A stretch of 30,047 bases of DNA from Candidatus Aenigmatarchaeota archaeon (GCA_046760225.1 JBHIDR010000006.1:1-30047); one strand, 5' to 3'. Positions 1 to 8,587 are shown, numbered from the stretch's first letter. Notes: generated by a model not told the origin, from the sequence alone. Translations and numbers: made by a program.

Positions 1-468
1 TTTCTCAGTACCTTTGATTGCCCTATCACCTACTGCACCAAGCTTTGCAATCCATTTGCGGCTTTTCAGGCCTGCTTTGCTGCAGATGTCGAATGTCACG
101 AGTGATGCAGAGGTGTAAAGCTCTGGGTTCTTGAACCTTGGGTTTATGTGTATAAAGCCCATCTTGTTAAGGTCATTGTGGATTACATGATGGTCTATGA
201 CAAGGACTTTCCTTTTCCTGAAGGGCCCCAGCAGTTCAGGATACTGGTCAACAGCAAGGTCAAGGAATATAACACTGCCTACCTTCTGCTTTGCAAATGC
301 CTCAAAAAATTCCTCGTCAAGCTCGCCTGCCAGCACCTTGGGCCTCAGACCCCTGTTTTTGAGCAGGGCAAGAACAAGGGCAGCTGAGCAGGAGCCATCA
401 CAGTCAGCATGGAAAAATATGCCTGCGCTTCCTTCAATGCTCTTCAGAAACCCAACTGCATCTTTCAT
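1..468 (-). CDS. DHH-family phosphoesterase (RecJ/NrnA-like), 3' end truncated by window edge
   Basis: Not in the ORF track. Manual translation from ATG 468 (ATGA overlap with the HD gene stop) gives MKDAVGFLKSIEGSAGIFFHADCDGSCSAAL...VIFLDLAVD...VLVIDHHV...HINPRF, with HxDxDG, D and DHH motifs. Confidence 0.85.
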   Translation of the reverse strand, partial: MKDAVGFLKSIEGSAGIFFHADCDGSCSAALVLALLKNRGLRPKVLAGELDEEFFEAFAKQKVGSVIFLDLAVDQYPELLGPFRKRKVLVIDHHVIHNDLNKMGFIHINPRFKNPELYTSASLVTFDICSKAGLKSRKWIAKLGAVGDRAIKGTEK

Positions 469-1115
469 TTGACTCCACTTTCAGATGGCGGTGCAAGAAG
501 GAACTGTAGCTGCTGAAGGCTCATGGAAGGATGAACTATGGTGGACTCGAACATTGCGCCAAGGTTGTCAGCCTGCACAACTATCCATGCTTCTATTGTT
601 TTTGGGTTTGCTCCTGCAGAGCCCAGGTCGCCGCCGTGGGATGCAACTATGTGCACGACTTCCTCTGGGAACCCATGCTCAAAGAGAAGATTGGACGAAA
701 ACACTGCATGGTCAAGCATGCTTCCGCTGAACTCCCATTTGACCCCCATTTTCTGCTTTTCCTTTCCAGCCTTTTTTATGAGGAACACCTTGCTTATGTC
801 ATGAAGCAAGGCTCCGGCAATAAGGTAATCATAGTTTATGCCTTTCTTCACTATTTTCTTTATCTCCTTTCCGTAAATCTTCTCTAATGATTTTGCCATG
901 CCTATTGAGAGCTCAGTGACTGCCAGCACATGGTCCAACAACCCGCCCTCATAGTCATGGTGCGCGCCTATCCAGGCAGGTATTTTTGAAAAATCAGAAG
1001 CCCTGTACTTACTGAACTCAGGATTCTTGGTCTGGGGGTTCTTAAGGAGCTTGAGGGTCCTTTCCCTGAGGTCCTTGTCCTTTATTCTGTTGGCAAGTTC
1101 AAACAGCCTTTTCAT
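465..1115 (-). CDS. HD-domain metal-dependent phosphohydrolase (YhaM/MptB-like)
   Basis: HHDYEGGLLDH, GALLHDISK, DHA, IVASHGG and QAD motifs; ATGA-coupled to ileS. Confidence 0.85.
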   Translation of the reverse strand: MKRLFELANRIKDKDLRERTLKLLKNPQTKNPEFSKYRASDFSKIPAWIGAHHDYEGGLLDHVLAVTELSIGMAKSLEKIYGKEIKKIVKKGINYDYLIAGALLHDISKVFLIKKAGKEKQKMGVKWEFSGSMLDHAVFSSNLLFEHGFPEEVVHIVASHGGDLGSAGANPKTIEAWIVVQADNLGAMFESTIVHPSMSLQQLQFLLAPPSESGVK

Positions 1116-4100
1116 TTCCTTACACCAAAAACATACTTTTCCCTTTCAAACTTAAATTCGAATTTCTTGCCTTCAGGTTCTTTGTAGAGTATTCTGCTGC
1201 CTGTTGTCTTCTTAATTATATCTTCCTGCTTTTTAAATGCCTTTTCATCAGGCAGATAAAGCGTTATGCTGTCCTTGATACTGAGTTTCAGTTTCTTCCT
1301 TGCATCCTGCACTGCCCTTATGAGTTCCCTGACCAGCCACTCCTGCTTGAGCTCATCACTAACTCTGGTGTCTATTGAGACCACACCTCCTGGGAAATGC
1401 CTGCCCTCCAGTTTTCCTTTCAGTTCCTTGAAGACGAGATCTTCCTTGGTGAGCTCGAACTTTCCCATCTTTACCTTCTTCTTCTCGATGTCCTTCTTGA
1501 TAATCATGGCATCTTGCTTTTCCAAGAGCTTTGCAAGTTCCTTTACATCCTTTCCAAACTTCTTACCAGCAACAGCATAATTAGGCTTTACTTCATATTT
1601 CAGCACTGCCTTGCCTATCTTTACCATCTTAACATTTGCCATCCTGGCTAGAACTTTTTCAAGTTGCTTTGCAGCTTTGGTTATTTTTTCCTCACCTGAA
1701 ACCGTAATTGATAGCAACGGGTATCTCAGCTTTATTCCTTTTTCCTGGCGAAGCGCGTTTGAGGCCTCAACTACTCTCTTGACCGTTTGCATCTGCTCTT
1801 CAAGCTTAGGCTTTAGTTCCTTTTTGTTTGGTTTTGGCCACTGTTCAAAGTGTACGCTTCCTTCGTTCTCAAGCAGGTCTGTCCAGATGAAATCTGCGAA
1901 ATAAGGCATAAGGGGCGCAATTATTTTGCTCAGGTTCTCAAAGACCTGTGCAAGAGCGTACTGAACAGCAACATCATCTGTTCTTTCTCTTGCTAGCTTT
2001 ATGTACCATCTTGAAAGGTCATACACTACAAAGTCTTCTATTTTTGAAAGAGCAATGTGATAGTCATGGTTCTCCATCGCATTCTCTACTTCTGTTATAA
2101 GAGTGTTGTTTCTTGATATTATCCATTCGTCTTCTGGTTCAAGCTCTCCATGCTTTCCTTTGGAAAGCTCTTTAGAAAACAGGTAAGAGTTCCATAATAT
2201 ATTGAGGAAAGGCATGACTGTTTCCTTTATTGTCTCAGGCCCAAACCTTTTCATGTTGCCTGGTGCTGAAGTGCACATTGCAAGCCTTGAAGCATCAATA
2301 CCGAACCTGTTGAACATTTCCCATGGGTCTATGACATTTCCCCTGCTTTTTGACATCTTCTCTCCCCTGTCATCAAGTATATGCCCTGCGCACACAACGC
2401 TCTTGTAAGCAGGCTTGTTGAAGAGCAGAACACCCAGGACATGCAATGTATAGAACCATCCCCTTGTCTGGTCTATTGCCTCTGCAATAAAGTCATAGGG
2501 GAATGCCTTCTTGAATGTTTCCTTGTTCTCAAAGGGATAATGGAACTGCGCAAAGGTTGCTGAGCCTGAATCAAACCATGTGTCTATTACCTCAGGCAGC
2601 CTCTGCATGGTTTTTCCGCACTCGCATTTTATCATTAGTTCGTCAATCTCTGGCTTGTGGAGGTCAAGCTCCTTTGGAAAGTTCACTGCCTTTTTCTTCA
2701 GTTCTTCAATGCTCCCAATGCATTCATCCTTTCCACAAGAATTACAGCGCCATATTGGCAAAGGTGTTCCCCAGAACTTGCTCCTGCTCAGTGCCCAGTC
2801 TCTTGCCTCAATTATCCAGTTTCCGAACCTGCCCTCCTTTATGTAATCAGGGAACCAGTTTATCTTCTGATTTATCTCAGCAAGCTGTTCCCTGAACTTG
2901 CTTACTGCTATGAACCAGGATTTCATTGCGTAATAGAGAAGGGGCGACTTGCACCTCCAGCAATAGGGATAGTCATGCGTATAGCTTTCTGCAGAGAATA
3001 TCTTGCCATAAGTGTTAAGCTTTTCTGTTATTCCCGGGTCTGCATCTATTACAAACCTGCCTTCCCAGTCCTTGACATCCTTTGTAAATGTACCGTCCTT
3101 TTCAACAGGCTGGACAAATGGCAGATTATTTTCCTTGCTCGACTCATAATCTGTTTCTCCAAAAGCAGGTGCTATGTGCACTATGCCAGTGCCATCAGTT
3201 TCAGTTACAAAGCCAGCGAGTATTATCCTCCATGCAGGCTTGTCAAGCTTATCAACAAAATAATCGAAAAGAGGGACATATTCTATTCCCTCAAGTTCCT
3301 TTCCTTTGACTTCCTTGACTATTTCCGGGTTTTCAGGGAAGTAGTGCTCCAGCCTTCCTTTGGACACTACAAAGGTGTTGTTTCCTTTTTTCACAAAGAC
3401 ATATGTTATGTCAGGATGCACAGCAAGAGCAAGATTAGAAGGAAGTGTCCATGGTGTTGTTGTCCATGCAAGGAAATAGAGATTAGGGTCTTTCTTGGAC
3501 TGGAACTTGAGGGTTATTGACTCCATTGTGATTTTCTTGTACCCTTGGGCAACCTCGTGGAGACTCAGAGGTGTCTCGCATCTTGGGCAGTATGGAACCA
3601 CCTTATGGGCTTCGTAGAGCAGCCCCTTATTGAAAAGCTCGCTCAAGGCCCACCAAACACTCTCAATATAATCATTTGTAAGCGTGACATAGGGGTTCTC
3701 AAGGTCTATCCAGAAGGCTGATTTTTCAGTGAACCTTGTCCAGTCATCTATCCTGGAGAACACGTTCTCCCTGCATTTCTTGTTGAACTTTGCTATCCCG
3801 TACTTGACAACATCCTTCTTGGACTCAAGTCCAAGGTTTTTTTCCACCTGTACCTCTATAGGCAGGCCGTGGCAGTCCCATCCGCCTTTTCTTGGCACGC
3901 GGAATCCTTTCATGTACTTGTAGCGGCACACAAGGTCCTTGAAGACCCTGACCTCAAGATGGTGCAGCCCAGGTGGTGCATTTGCAGTAGGAGGACCTTC
4001 GAGAAAGGAAAACAAGGGCCTTTTCTTATGGTTCATTATGCTCTTCTTTATATTTTCCTTCTCCTTTTTCCATAGCTTTTCCACTATGGTCTCTATGTGC

Positions 4101-4117
4101 TTGTGGTCGTAGTTCAT
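1112..4117 (-). CDS. ileS: Isoleucyl-tRNA synthetase (type 2)
   Basis: EGPPTAN, GWDCHGLP, WTTTPWTLPSN, GTGIVHIAPAFG, DQTRGWF and KMSKS motifs; the HIGH position reads GLHH. Confidence 0.97.
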   Translation of the reverse strand: MNYDHKHIETIVEKLWKKEKENIKKSIMNHKKRPLFSFLEGPPTANAPPGLHHLEVRVFKDLVCRYKYMKGFRVPRKGGWDCHGLPIEVQVEKNLGLESKKDVVKYGIAKFNKKCRENVFSRIDDWTRFTEKSAFWIDLENPYVTLTNDYIESVWWALSELFNKGLLYEAHKVVPYCPRCETPLSLHEVAQGYKKITMESITLKFQSKKDPNLYFLAWTTTPWTLPSNLALAVHPDITYVFVKKGNNTFVVSKGRLEHYFPENPEIVKEVKGKELEGIEYVPLFDYFVDKLDKPAWRIILAGFVTETDGTGIVHIAPAFGETDYESSKENNLPFVQPVEKDGTFTKDVKDWEGRFVIDADPGITEKLNTYGKIFSAESYTHDYPYCWRCKSPLLYYAMKSWFIAVSKFREQLAEINQKINWFPDYIKEGRFGNWIIEARDWALSRSKFWGTPLPIWRCNSCGKDECIGSIEELKKKAVNFPKELDLHKPEIDELMIKCECGKTMQRLPEVIDTWFDSGSATFAQFHYPFENKETFKKAFPYDFIAEAIDQTRGWFYTLHVLGVLLFNKPAYKSVVCAGHILDDRGEKMSKSRGNVIDPWEMFNRFGIDASRLAMCTSAPGNMKRFGPETIKETVMPFLNILWNSYLFSKELSKGKHGELEPEDEWIISRNNTLITEVENAMENHDYHIALSKIEDFVVYDLSRWYIKLARERTDDVAVQYALAQVFENLSKIIAPLMPYFADFIWTDLLENEGSVHFEQWPKPNKKELKPKLEEQMQTVKRVVEASNALRQEKGIKLRYPLLSITVSGEEKITKAAKQLEKVLARMANVKMVKIGKAVLKYEVKPNYAVAGKKFGKDVKELAKLLEKQDAMIIKKDIEKKKVKMGKFELTKEDLVFKELKGKLEGRHFPGGVVSIDTRVSDELKQEWLVRELIRAVQDARKKLKLSIKDSITLYLPDEKAFKKQEDIIKKTTGSRILYKEPEGKKFEFKFEREKYVFGVRK

Positions 4118-4155
4118 GAGAAGTAATTAATATTCATGTTTAAATAAATTGGTGT
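4118..4155. promoter_or_regulatory. Compact divergent promoter region between ileS and mbf1
   Basis: 38-bp AT-rich gap (TTAATATT, TTTAAATAAA) between two divergent ATGs, consistent with leaderless archaeal promoters. Confidence 0.5.
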
Positions 4156-4581
4156 ATGGCTGAATGCGAGCTCTGTGGCAGCAAGGCAGTTACAAGGACA
4201 AGAGTGGAAGGCGTGGTCATAAGCGTGTGCAGGGAATGTGCAGGGGGCAAGGAGATAAAGGAGCAGAGGAATGTTTTCAGGAAGAAAGTCCCCAAGCTGC
4301 CTGAGGAGCTGGACCAGGCAGTAATAAACAATTTTTTCAGAATAATAAAAAAGAAAAGGGAAGAGAGAGGGCTTACGCAAAAAGAGCTTGCTAAGAGGAT
4401 TCTTGAGAAGGAGTCTGTGATAAGGAGAATAGAGGAAGGATGGGAACCACCTTTTTCTGTGGTGAAAAAGCTGGAAAGGTTCTTTGATGCGAGCTTTATT
4501 GAAAAGGTGACTAGTAAAAAAACAGAAAGGAAGAGCACAGAGAAGCTCACAATAGGGGACATTGCAGAGGTAAGTGAATGA
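4156..4581 (+). CDS. mbf1: Archaeal multiprotein bridging factor 1 (Zn ribbon plus HTH)
   Basis: CELCG...VCREC zinc ribbon, REERGLTQKELA HTH, C-terminal LTIGD. Confidence 0.92.
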   Translation: MAECELCGSKAVTRTRVEGVVISVCRECAGGKEIKEQRNVFRKKVPKLPEELDQAVINNFFRIIKKKREERGLTQKELAKRILEKESVIRRIEEGWEPPFSVVKKLERFFDASFIEKVTSKKTERKSTEKLTIGDIAEVSE

Positions 4582-4853
4582 AAAAGAGGGTCCGTGTGCT
4601 GATAATGGGAAGGGTGCAGGGTGTTTTTTTCAGGCAAAACACAGTTGAAGAGGCAAGGAAGAGAGGAGTAACAGGATGGGTAAGGAACAATGCAGACGGT
4701 ACAGTGGAGGCTGTGCTTGAAGGGGAGGAAGATAAAGTCAATGAGATGATTGAGTGGTGCAGAAGAGGGCCAGAGCATGCAGAAGTTGAAGACATTCAGG
4801 TAGTAGAAGAGGAATATAGGGGAGAATTCAAAACTTTTAAAAGTCTTGTTTAA
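4578..4853 (+). CDS. acyP: Acylphosphatase
   Basis: GRVQGVFFR and GWVRNNADGTVEAV motifs. Confidence 0.95.
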   Translation: MKKRVRVLIMGRVQGVFFRQNTVEEARKRGVTGWVRNNADGTVEAVLEGEEDKVNEMIEWCRRGPEHAEVEDIQVVEEEYRGEFKTFKSLV

Positions 4854-4871
4854 CAATTAAAACTGGTCATT

Positions 4872-6008
4872 ATGGTTGACAGAGAAAGGATAGTAGAACT
4901 GACAAGAAAGCTGGTTCAGGTAAACAGCAGCAACCCGCCTGGAAATGAAAAGGTTGTTGTTGATATTCTTGCAGAAGAGCTCAAGAAACTAGGGCTGGAA
5001 GTAAGGCTGCTTGAGGTAGCCCATGAAAGACCCAACCTCCTTGCAACATGGCGCGGTGGTGAAGGAAAGAAGCTGATAATCCATAGCCATACAGACACGA
5101 TTCCTGCTGGTGACGGATGGGAGCACAATCCTTTTGGGGGAGAAGTAGAGAACGGCAAGATATATGGAAGGGGGGCTGCTGACATGAAGGGCTCCTTGGC
5201 TGCAATGGTCTGCGCTATTGAGCAGCTGAAAAAAGAAGGATGGGAGCCGAACGGCGAGCTGATGATTCTTGCATGCTGCAATGAGGAGATGGGAGACAGG
5301 GAAGAAATAGGAATGAAGCATGTTGCTGACAAGATCACAGGTGACCTTATAGTGATGGCTGATACCAGCGACTTCAACATAATTGTTGCTGAAAAGGGCA
5401 TGCTCTGGATGGAGTTCATAGCAAAGGGAAAGCAGGCGCATGGCTCAATGCCATGGCTCGGGGTGAATGCAATAGAGATGCTGGGGAGGTTCTTGATGGA
5501 GCTGAAGAAGCTGGAATTTGATGTTGAGCATCCGCTTCTTGGCAAGTCAACACTTTCCATAAATATGCTGTCAGGCGGGGTCAAGACAAATGCTGTGCCA
5601 GGAAAAGCAAGGTCAACTGTTGACATAAGGCTTGTGCCTGGTGAGGACAAGGACAAGGTAAAGGAAAGGATAGCTGAGATAATAAGGAGGATGAAGGAGA
5701 AGGACAAGGAAGTTGATATAGAGATGAAGGAGATAGTATACTATGACCCTGTTGAGACATCACCTGACCAGGCATTTGTTGCGCAGCTCAAGGAAACAGT
5801 GGAGAGAGTGCTTGGCAAGGAAGTAAAGGTCATGGGCGAGCATGGTGCAACAGGCGCAGGCATATTCATCAGCCACGGTATTCCTGCTGTTGTGTGCGGG
5901 CCAGGAAAGCCAGAGGTTGCGCATGCAAGGGACGAGTACATAGAAATAGACGACCTTGTGAAGGCATGCGAGATATACGTAGACTTTGCAAAGAAGTTCC
6001 TTGGATGA
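4872..6008 (+). CDS. M20-family metallopeptidase/deacylase (ArgE/DapE-like)
   Basis: HSHTDT, YGRGAADMKG, NEE, AHGSMPWLGVNAI and AHARDEY motifs. Confidence 0.9.
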   Translation: MVDRERIVELTRKLVQVNSSNPPGNEKVVVDILAEELKKLGLEVRLLEVAHERPNLLATWRGGEGKKLIIHSHTDTIPAGDGWEHNPFGGEVENGKIYGRGAADMKGSLAAMVCAIEQLKKEGWEPNGELMILACCNEEMGDREEIGMKHVADKITGDLIVMADTSDFNIIVAEKGMLWMEFIAKGKQAHGSMPWLGVNAIEMLGRFLMELKKLEFDVEHPLLGKSTLSINMLSGGVKTNAVPGKARSTVDIRLVPGEDKDKVKERIAEIIRRMKEKDKEVDIEMKEIVYYDPVETSPDQAFVAQLKETVERVLGKEVKVMGEHGATGAGIFISHGIPAVVCGPGKPEVAHARDEYIEIDDLVKACEIYVDFAKKFLG

Positions 6009-6012
6009 TATA

Positions 6013-6429
6013 ATGGAAATTGATTATGAAAAACTTGTCAAAGAAGCTATCAAGGCACTGGACAGTTTCTATGGCGGGGACCCGAAATCCAAATACATAT
6101 ATGCTTCAGCTGTGCTGACAGACAAAGGTAATATTTACACTGCAAGCAACTATGTTTCTGATACAACTACATTAACGTTGCATGCAGAGCAGGTAGCGCT
6201 TGCACATGCTGCAGCACATAAGGATGCGAGAATAGTGGCAATAGTTTCTGTAGGAAAGGAGGACCCAGAAGGCGAGAAATTATGCCATCCGTGCGGACTG
6301 TGCAAGCAGTTGATATGGGAGAACTCCCTGAAGTCAGGGATTCAGATAAAGGTCATAATGGCCAACCTGAAGGGCAAGTACGTTGCAAAGGACATAAAGG
6401 AACTCGTGCCTTACCCCTGGCCAGAATAA
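6013..6429 (+). CDS. cdd: Cytidine deaminase
   Basis: HAEQVA and PCGLCKQ zinc motifs; ATG 6013 is preferred over the track start at 5986. Confidence 0.8.
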   Translation: MEIDYEKLVKEAIKALDSFYGGDPKSKYIYASAVLTDKGNIYTASNYVSDTTTLTLHAEQVALAHAAAHKDARIVAIVSVGKEDPEGEKLCHPCGLCKQLIWENSLKSGIQIKVIMANLKGKYVAKDIKELVPYPWPE

Positions 6430-6484
6430 GGTTTTATATTCCCACATAGCTTTATATACCACCCTTTAGTAATATATATTAGGG

Positions 6485-6634
6485 ATGAATATGGGTTGTT
6501 CATGTGGCGAGAGCCCTTACAATATGACAAAGAACGCGTCCGTGTATGGACCTGGTGTTAGAGAGAAAAGGCTCTTGGGATATGGAGAAGAGCCCCTGAG
6601 AACACCCAAATATTCAGGAGTTACTTACAGGTGA
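6485..6634 (+). CDS. 49-aa hypothetical micro-protein, probable first cistron of the tRNA-His/hisS unit
   Basis: MNMGCSCGESPYNMTKNASVYGPGVREKRLLGYGEEPLRTPKYSGVTYR*; TATA-like TTTATATA at 6451-6458, about 27 nt upstream. Confidence 0.5.
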   Translation: MNMGCSCGESPYNMTKNASVYGPGVREKRLLGYGEEPLRTPKYSGVTYR

Positions 6635-6646
6635 ATGAGATGAAAG

Positions 6647-6979
6647 GTGAACGAGTTCACAAAGAGAGTGCAGGATTCTGCTAGGTTCACCTCTAAATTA
6701 GACAAAAGAGGAAGAGCACTTGTTTCTGCTGATATAAGGAAATTATTGAGGCTTAGATTTGGCTCTGTGGTTCTTGTTGAGATTGGTAGTTCTAGCTTTA
6801 GTACTAAGATAGATGATAGAGGAAGGTTTTCTGTTCCTACTAGGATAAGGAATGGCCGGGATAGTGTAGTAGTCAACATACGAGCCTGTGGAGCTTGTGA
6901 CGCGGGTGCAAATCCCGCTCCCGGCCCCATTGAAACTTTTAGAAAAAGTTTCATCAAAAACAGGAGGTGTAAAAAATGA
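6647..6979 (+). CDS. Tandem AbrB/SpoVT (MraZ-like) DNA-binding protein whose 3' part contains tRNA-His
   Basis: Two repeats, FTSKLDKRGRALVSADIRKLL and FSTKIDDRGRFSVPTRIR, resembling the D-x-x-G-R-x-x-x-P-x-x-x-R AbrB/MraZ pattern. GTG start at 6647 or 6668. Confidence 0.65.
   Translation: MNEFTKRVQDSARFTSKLDKRGRALVSADIRKLLRLRFGSVVLVEIGSSSFSTKIDDRGRFSVPTRIRNGRDSVVVNIRACGACDAGANPAPGPIETFRKSFIKNRRCKK
6854..6929 (+). tRNA. tRNA-His(GTG), intronless, with encoded G-1 and CCA
   Basis: G-1, acceptor GCCGGGA/TCCCGGC, C73, CCA; anticodon arm CGAGC-CTGTGGA-GCTTG; T arm GCGGG-TGCAAAT-CCCGC. Confidence 0.95.
6931..6960. repeat. Perfect 10-bp hairpin plus TCAAAAA tail directly after tRNA-His
   Basis: TGAAACTTTT-AGA-AAAAGTTTCA-TCAAAAA; resembles tRNA-Arg intron 4. 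Confidence 0.6.
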
Positions 6980-7123
6980 GTGGTGAAGAAGTTCACATAT
7001 GAGGAGGACTGGGAACTGAAGGAAATGCAAAAGGACCTGAGAAACGGAGAAATAACAAAAGAGCAATATGAAGTGTTTCTCATTTTAACAGGGAGATATA
7101 AAATATATGAAGGCAAAATATAA
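6980..7123 (+). CDS. 47-aa micro-protein, SHOCT-like
   Basis: AGGAGGTG RBS at 6962-6969, GTG start; MVKKFTYEEDWELKEMQKDLRNGEITKEQYEVFLILTGRYKIYEGKI* (LxxGEITxEQY pattern). Confidence 0.55.
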   Translation: MVKKFTYEEDWELKEMQKDLRNGEITKEQYEVFLILTGRYKIYEGKI

Positions 7124-7132
7124 GGTGATAAC

Positions 7133-8416
7133 ATGAAGTTCCAGAAGCCGAAAGGCACAAGAGACCTGATGCCAGAGGACATGGCAAAGAGGAGGAAGTA
7201 CTTTGAGGCAGTCAGGAAGGTATTGATAAGGTACGGCTATGGAGAGATAATGACACCTGCGTTCGAGACCCTTGCGCTCTTGGAGGCAAAGGGGAGCATA
7301 GGACAGGAATGCGTAAAGGATGTTTTCAGGATATGGGACAAGGGAAAAGAGAAGCTCGGTTATGGGCTGATATTCGATCCCACGACACCAATAGCAAGGA
7401 TTGTTGCAAATGACACAAGCTTGCAGAAGCCAATGAGATGGTACTATATCAGGCCAATGTGGAGGTATGAGGAAACAAGGCCAGGCAGGTACAGGGAATT
7501 CTGGCAGGCAGGTGTTGAACTAATAGGAAGTGACAGTCCTCTGGCTGATGCAGAGATACTTGCAATAACCTATGACTGCATGAAGGCAATGGGGATAACT
7601 GACTTTACTCTTCGGGTGAATTCAAGAAAAATAATGGAATCACTTGCAAAGATAGCAGGCATACCTGAAGAAAAAAGAACAGATGCTTTCAGAATAATTG
7701 ACAAGCTTGACAAGATTGGTGAGAAGGAAGTCAGGGGCGAACTGGAAAGGTTTGAAATACCCAAGGAGGCAATAGACAGTTTTATACGTTATGTGAAAAT
7801 GGGAAAGGAAGACATCAAAAAGGAACTGAAGGACTACAAGGAAGCACTGGAGGACCTTGAAGAAATAGAGCAGGTCCTTGAATATGCAAAGAAGATGGGT
7901 GTTGACAATGCCCGGCTTGACCTGAGCATAATAAGAGGTATAGATTATTATACTGGTTTTATTTTCGAGACATTTGTCAAGGGTTATGAAAAGCTCGGGA
8001 GTGTTGCTTCTGGAGGAAGGTATGACTCACTAATAGAAATATATGGCGGAAAGCCAACTCCTGCAACAGGAGTTGGCATTGGTATTGACAGGATGATGGA
8101 GATATTCAAGGAGAAAGTTCCTTATTCACCATTAGTCTATGTTGCAAATGCAAAGGAAGAGACAAAGGACGATGCAATAAGGATTGCACAGATGCTGAGG
8201 AAGGAGATATCAGCTGAATTTGATGTTCTGGGAAAGAAATTGAAAAAACAGTTCGAGTATGTCAATACAAAGGAAATTCCATATTGCGTGATTGTGGGTC
8301 CTGATGAAATAAAAGAAAATTCTGTTGTTGTAAGGGACATGAAGAGCGGGAAGGAAGAAAAAATTGAAGTAAAAAAGCTAAAAGATTTCTTTTTACAACT
8401 AAAGAAGAGAAAGTAA
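7133..8416 (+). CDS. hisS: Histidyl-tRNA synthetase
   Basis: PKGTRD, WRYEETRPGRYREFWQAGVE, RGIDYYTG, SGGRYDSL and anticodon-binding domain. Confidence 0.97.
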   Translation: MKFQKPKGTRDLMPEDMAKRRKYFEAVRKVLIRYGYGEIMTPAFETLALLEAKGSIGQECVKDVFRIWDKGKEKLGYGLIFDPTTPIARIVANDTSLQKPMRWYYIRPMWRYEETRPGRYREFWQAGVELIGSDSPLADAEILAITYDCMKAMGITDFTLRVNSRKIMESLAKIAGIPEEKRTDAFRIIDKLDKIGEKEVRGELERFEIPKEAIDSFIRYVKMGKEDIKKELKDYKEALEDLEEIEQVLEYAKKMGVDNARLDLSIIRGIDYYTGFIFETFVKGYEKLGSVASGGRYDSLIEIYGGKPTPATGVGIGIDRMMEIFKEKVPYSPLVYVANAKEETKDDAIRIAQMLRKEISAEFDVLGKKLKKQFEYVNTKEIPYCVIVGPDEIKENSVVVRDMKSGKEEKIEVKKLKDFFLQLKKRK

Positions 8417-8473
8417 ATGAAAAAGCTGGATGGCACTTACCCCTAAATGGAACTAGAAAGAGTGAAATTCCTG

Positions 8474-8587
8474 CTAACTAACGGCGAATATCGTGTCTTC
8501 TAGTACGAACCCGCATTTCTTGCAAACTATTTCCAATGAGCCATTCTTTATTTTATGCGAACCGCATTCGGGACAGGCTATCCTCAT
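8474..8587 (-). CDS. 37-aa stand-alone TFIIB-type zinc ribbon
   Basis: MRIACPECGSHKIKNGSLEIVCKKCGFVLEDTIFAVS*; TTAAATA box about 24 nt upstream on the minus strand. Confidence 0.7.
   Translation of the reverse strand: MRIACPECGSHKIKNGSLEIVCKKCGFVLEDTIFAVS

Noticed and set aside
148..4075. Plus-strand ORFs over the DHH, HD and ileS genes (e.g. 2657-3520, 287 aa)
   Set aside because: Antisense shadows of motif-supported minus-strand genes; S/F/L-rich with no motifs
4140..5941. Minus-strand ORFs 4140-4856 and 4916-5707
   Set aside because: Shadows of mbf1, acyP and the M20 peptidase
6977..6982. Possible UGA read-through or selenocysteine fusing the AbrB-like ORF to the in-frame SHOCT-like ORF
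   Set aside because: The downstream ORF has its own strong RBS, UGA is a normal stop elsewhere in the window, and no SECIS was recognised
6976..7002. ATG-started 8-aa ORF (MSGEEVHI) after the RBS
   Set aside because: Too short to support; the GTG frame gives a plausible 47-aa protein, although the true start is uncertain
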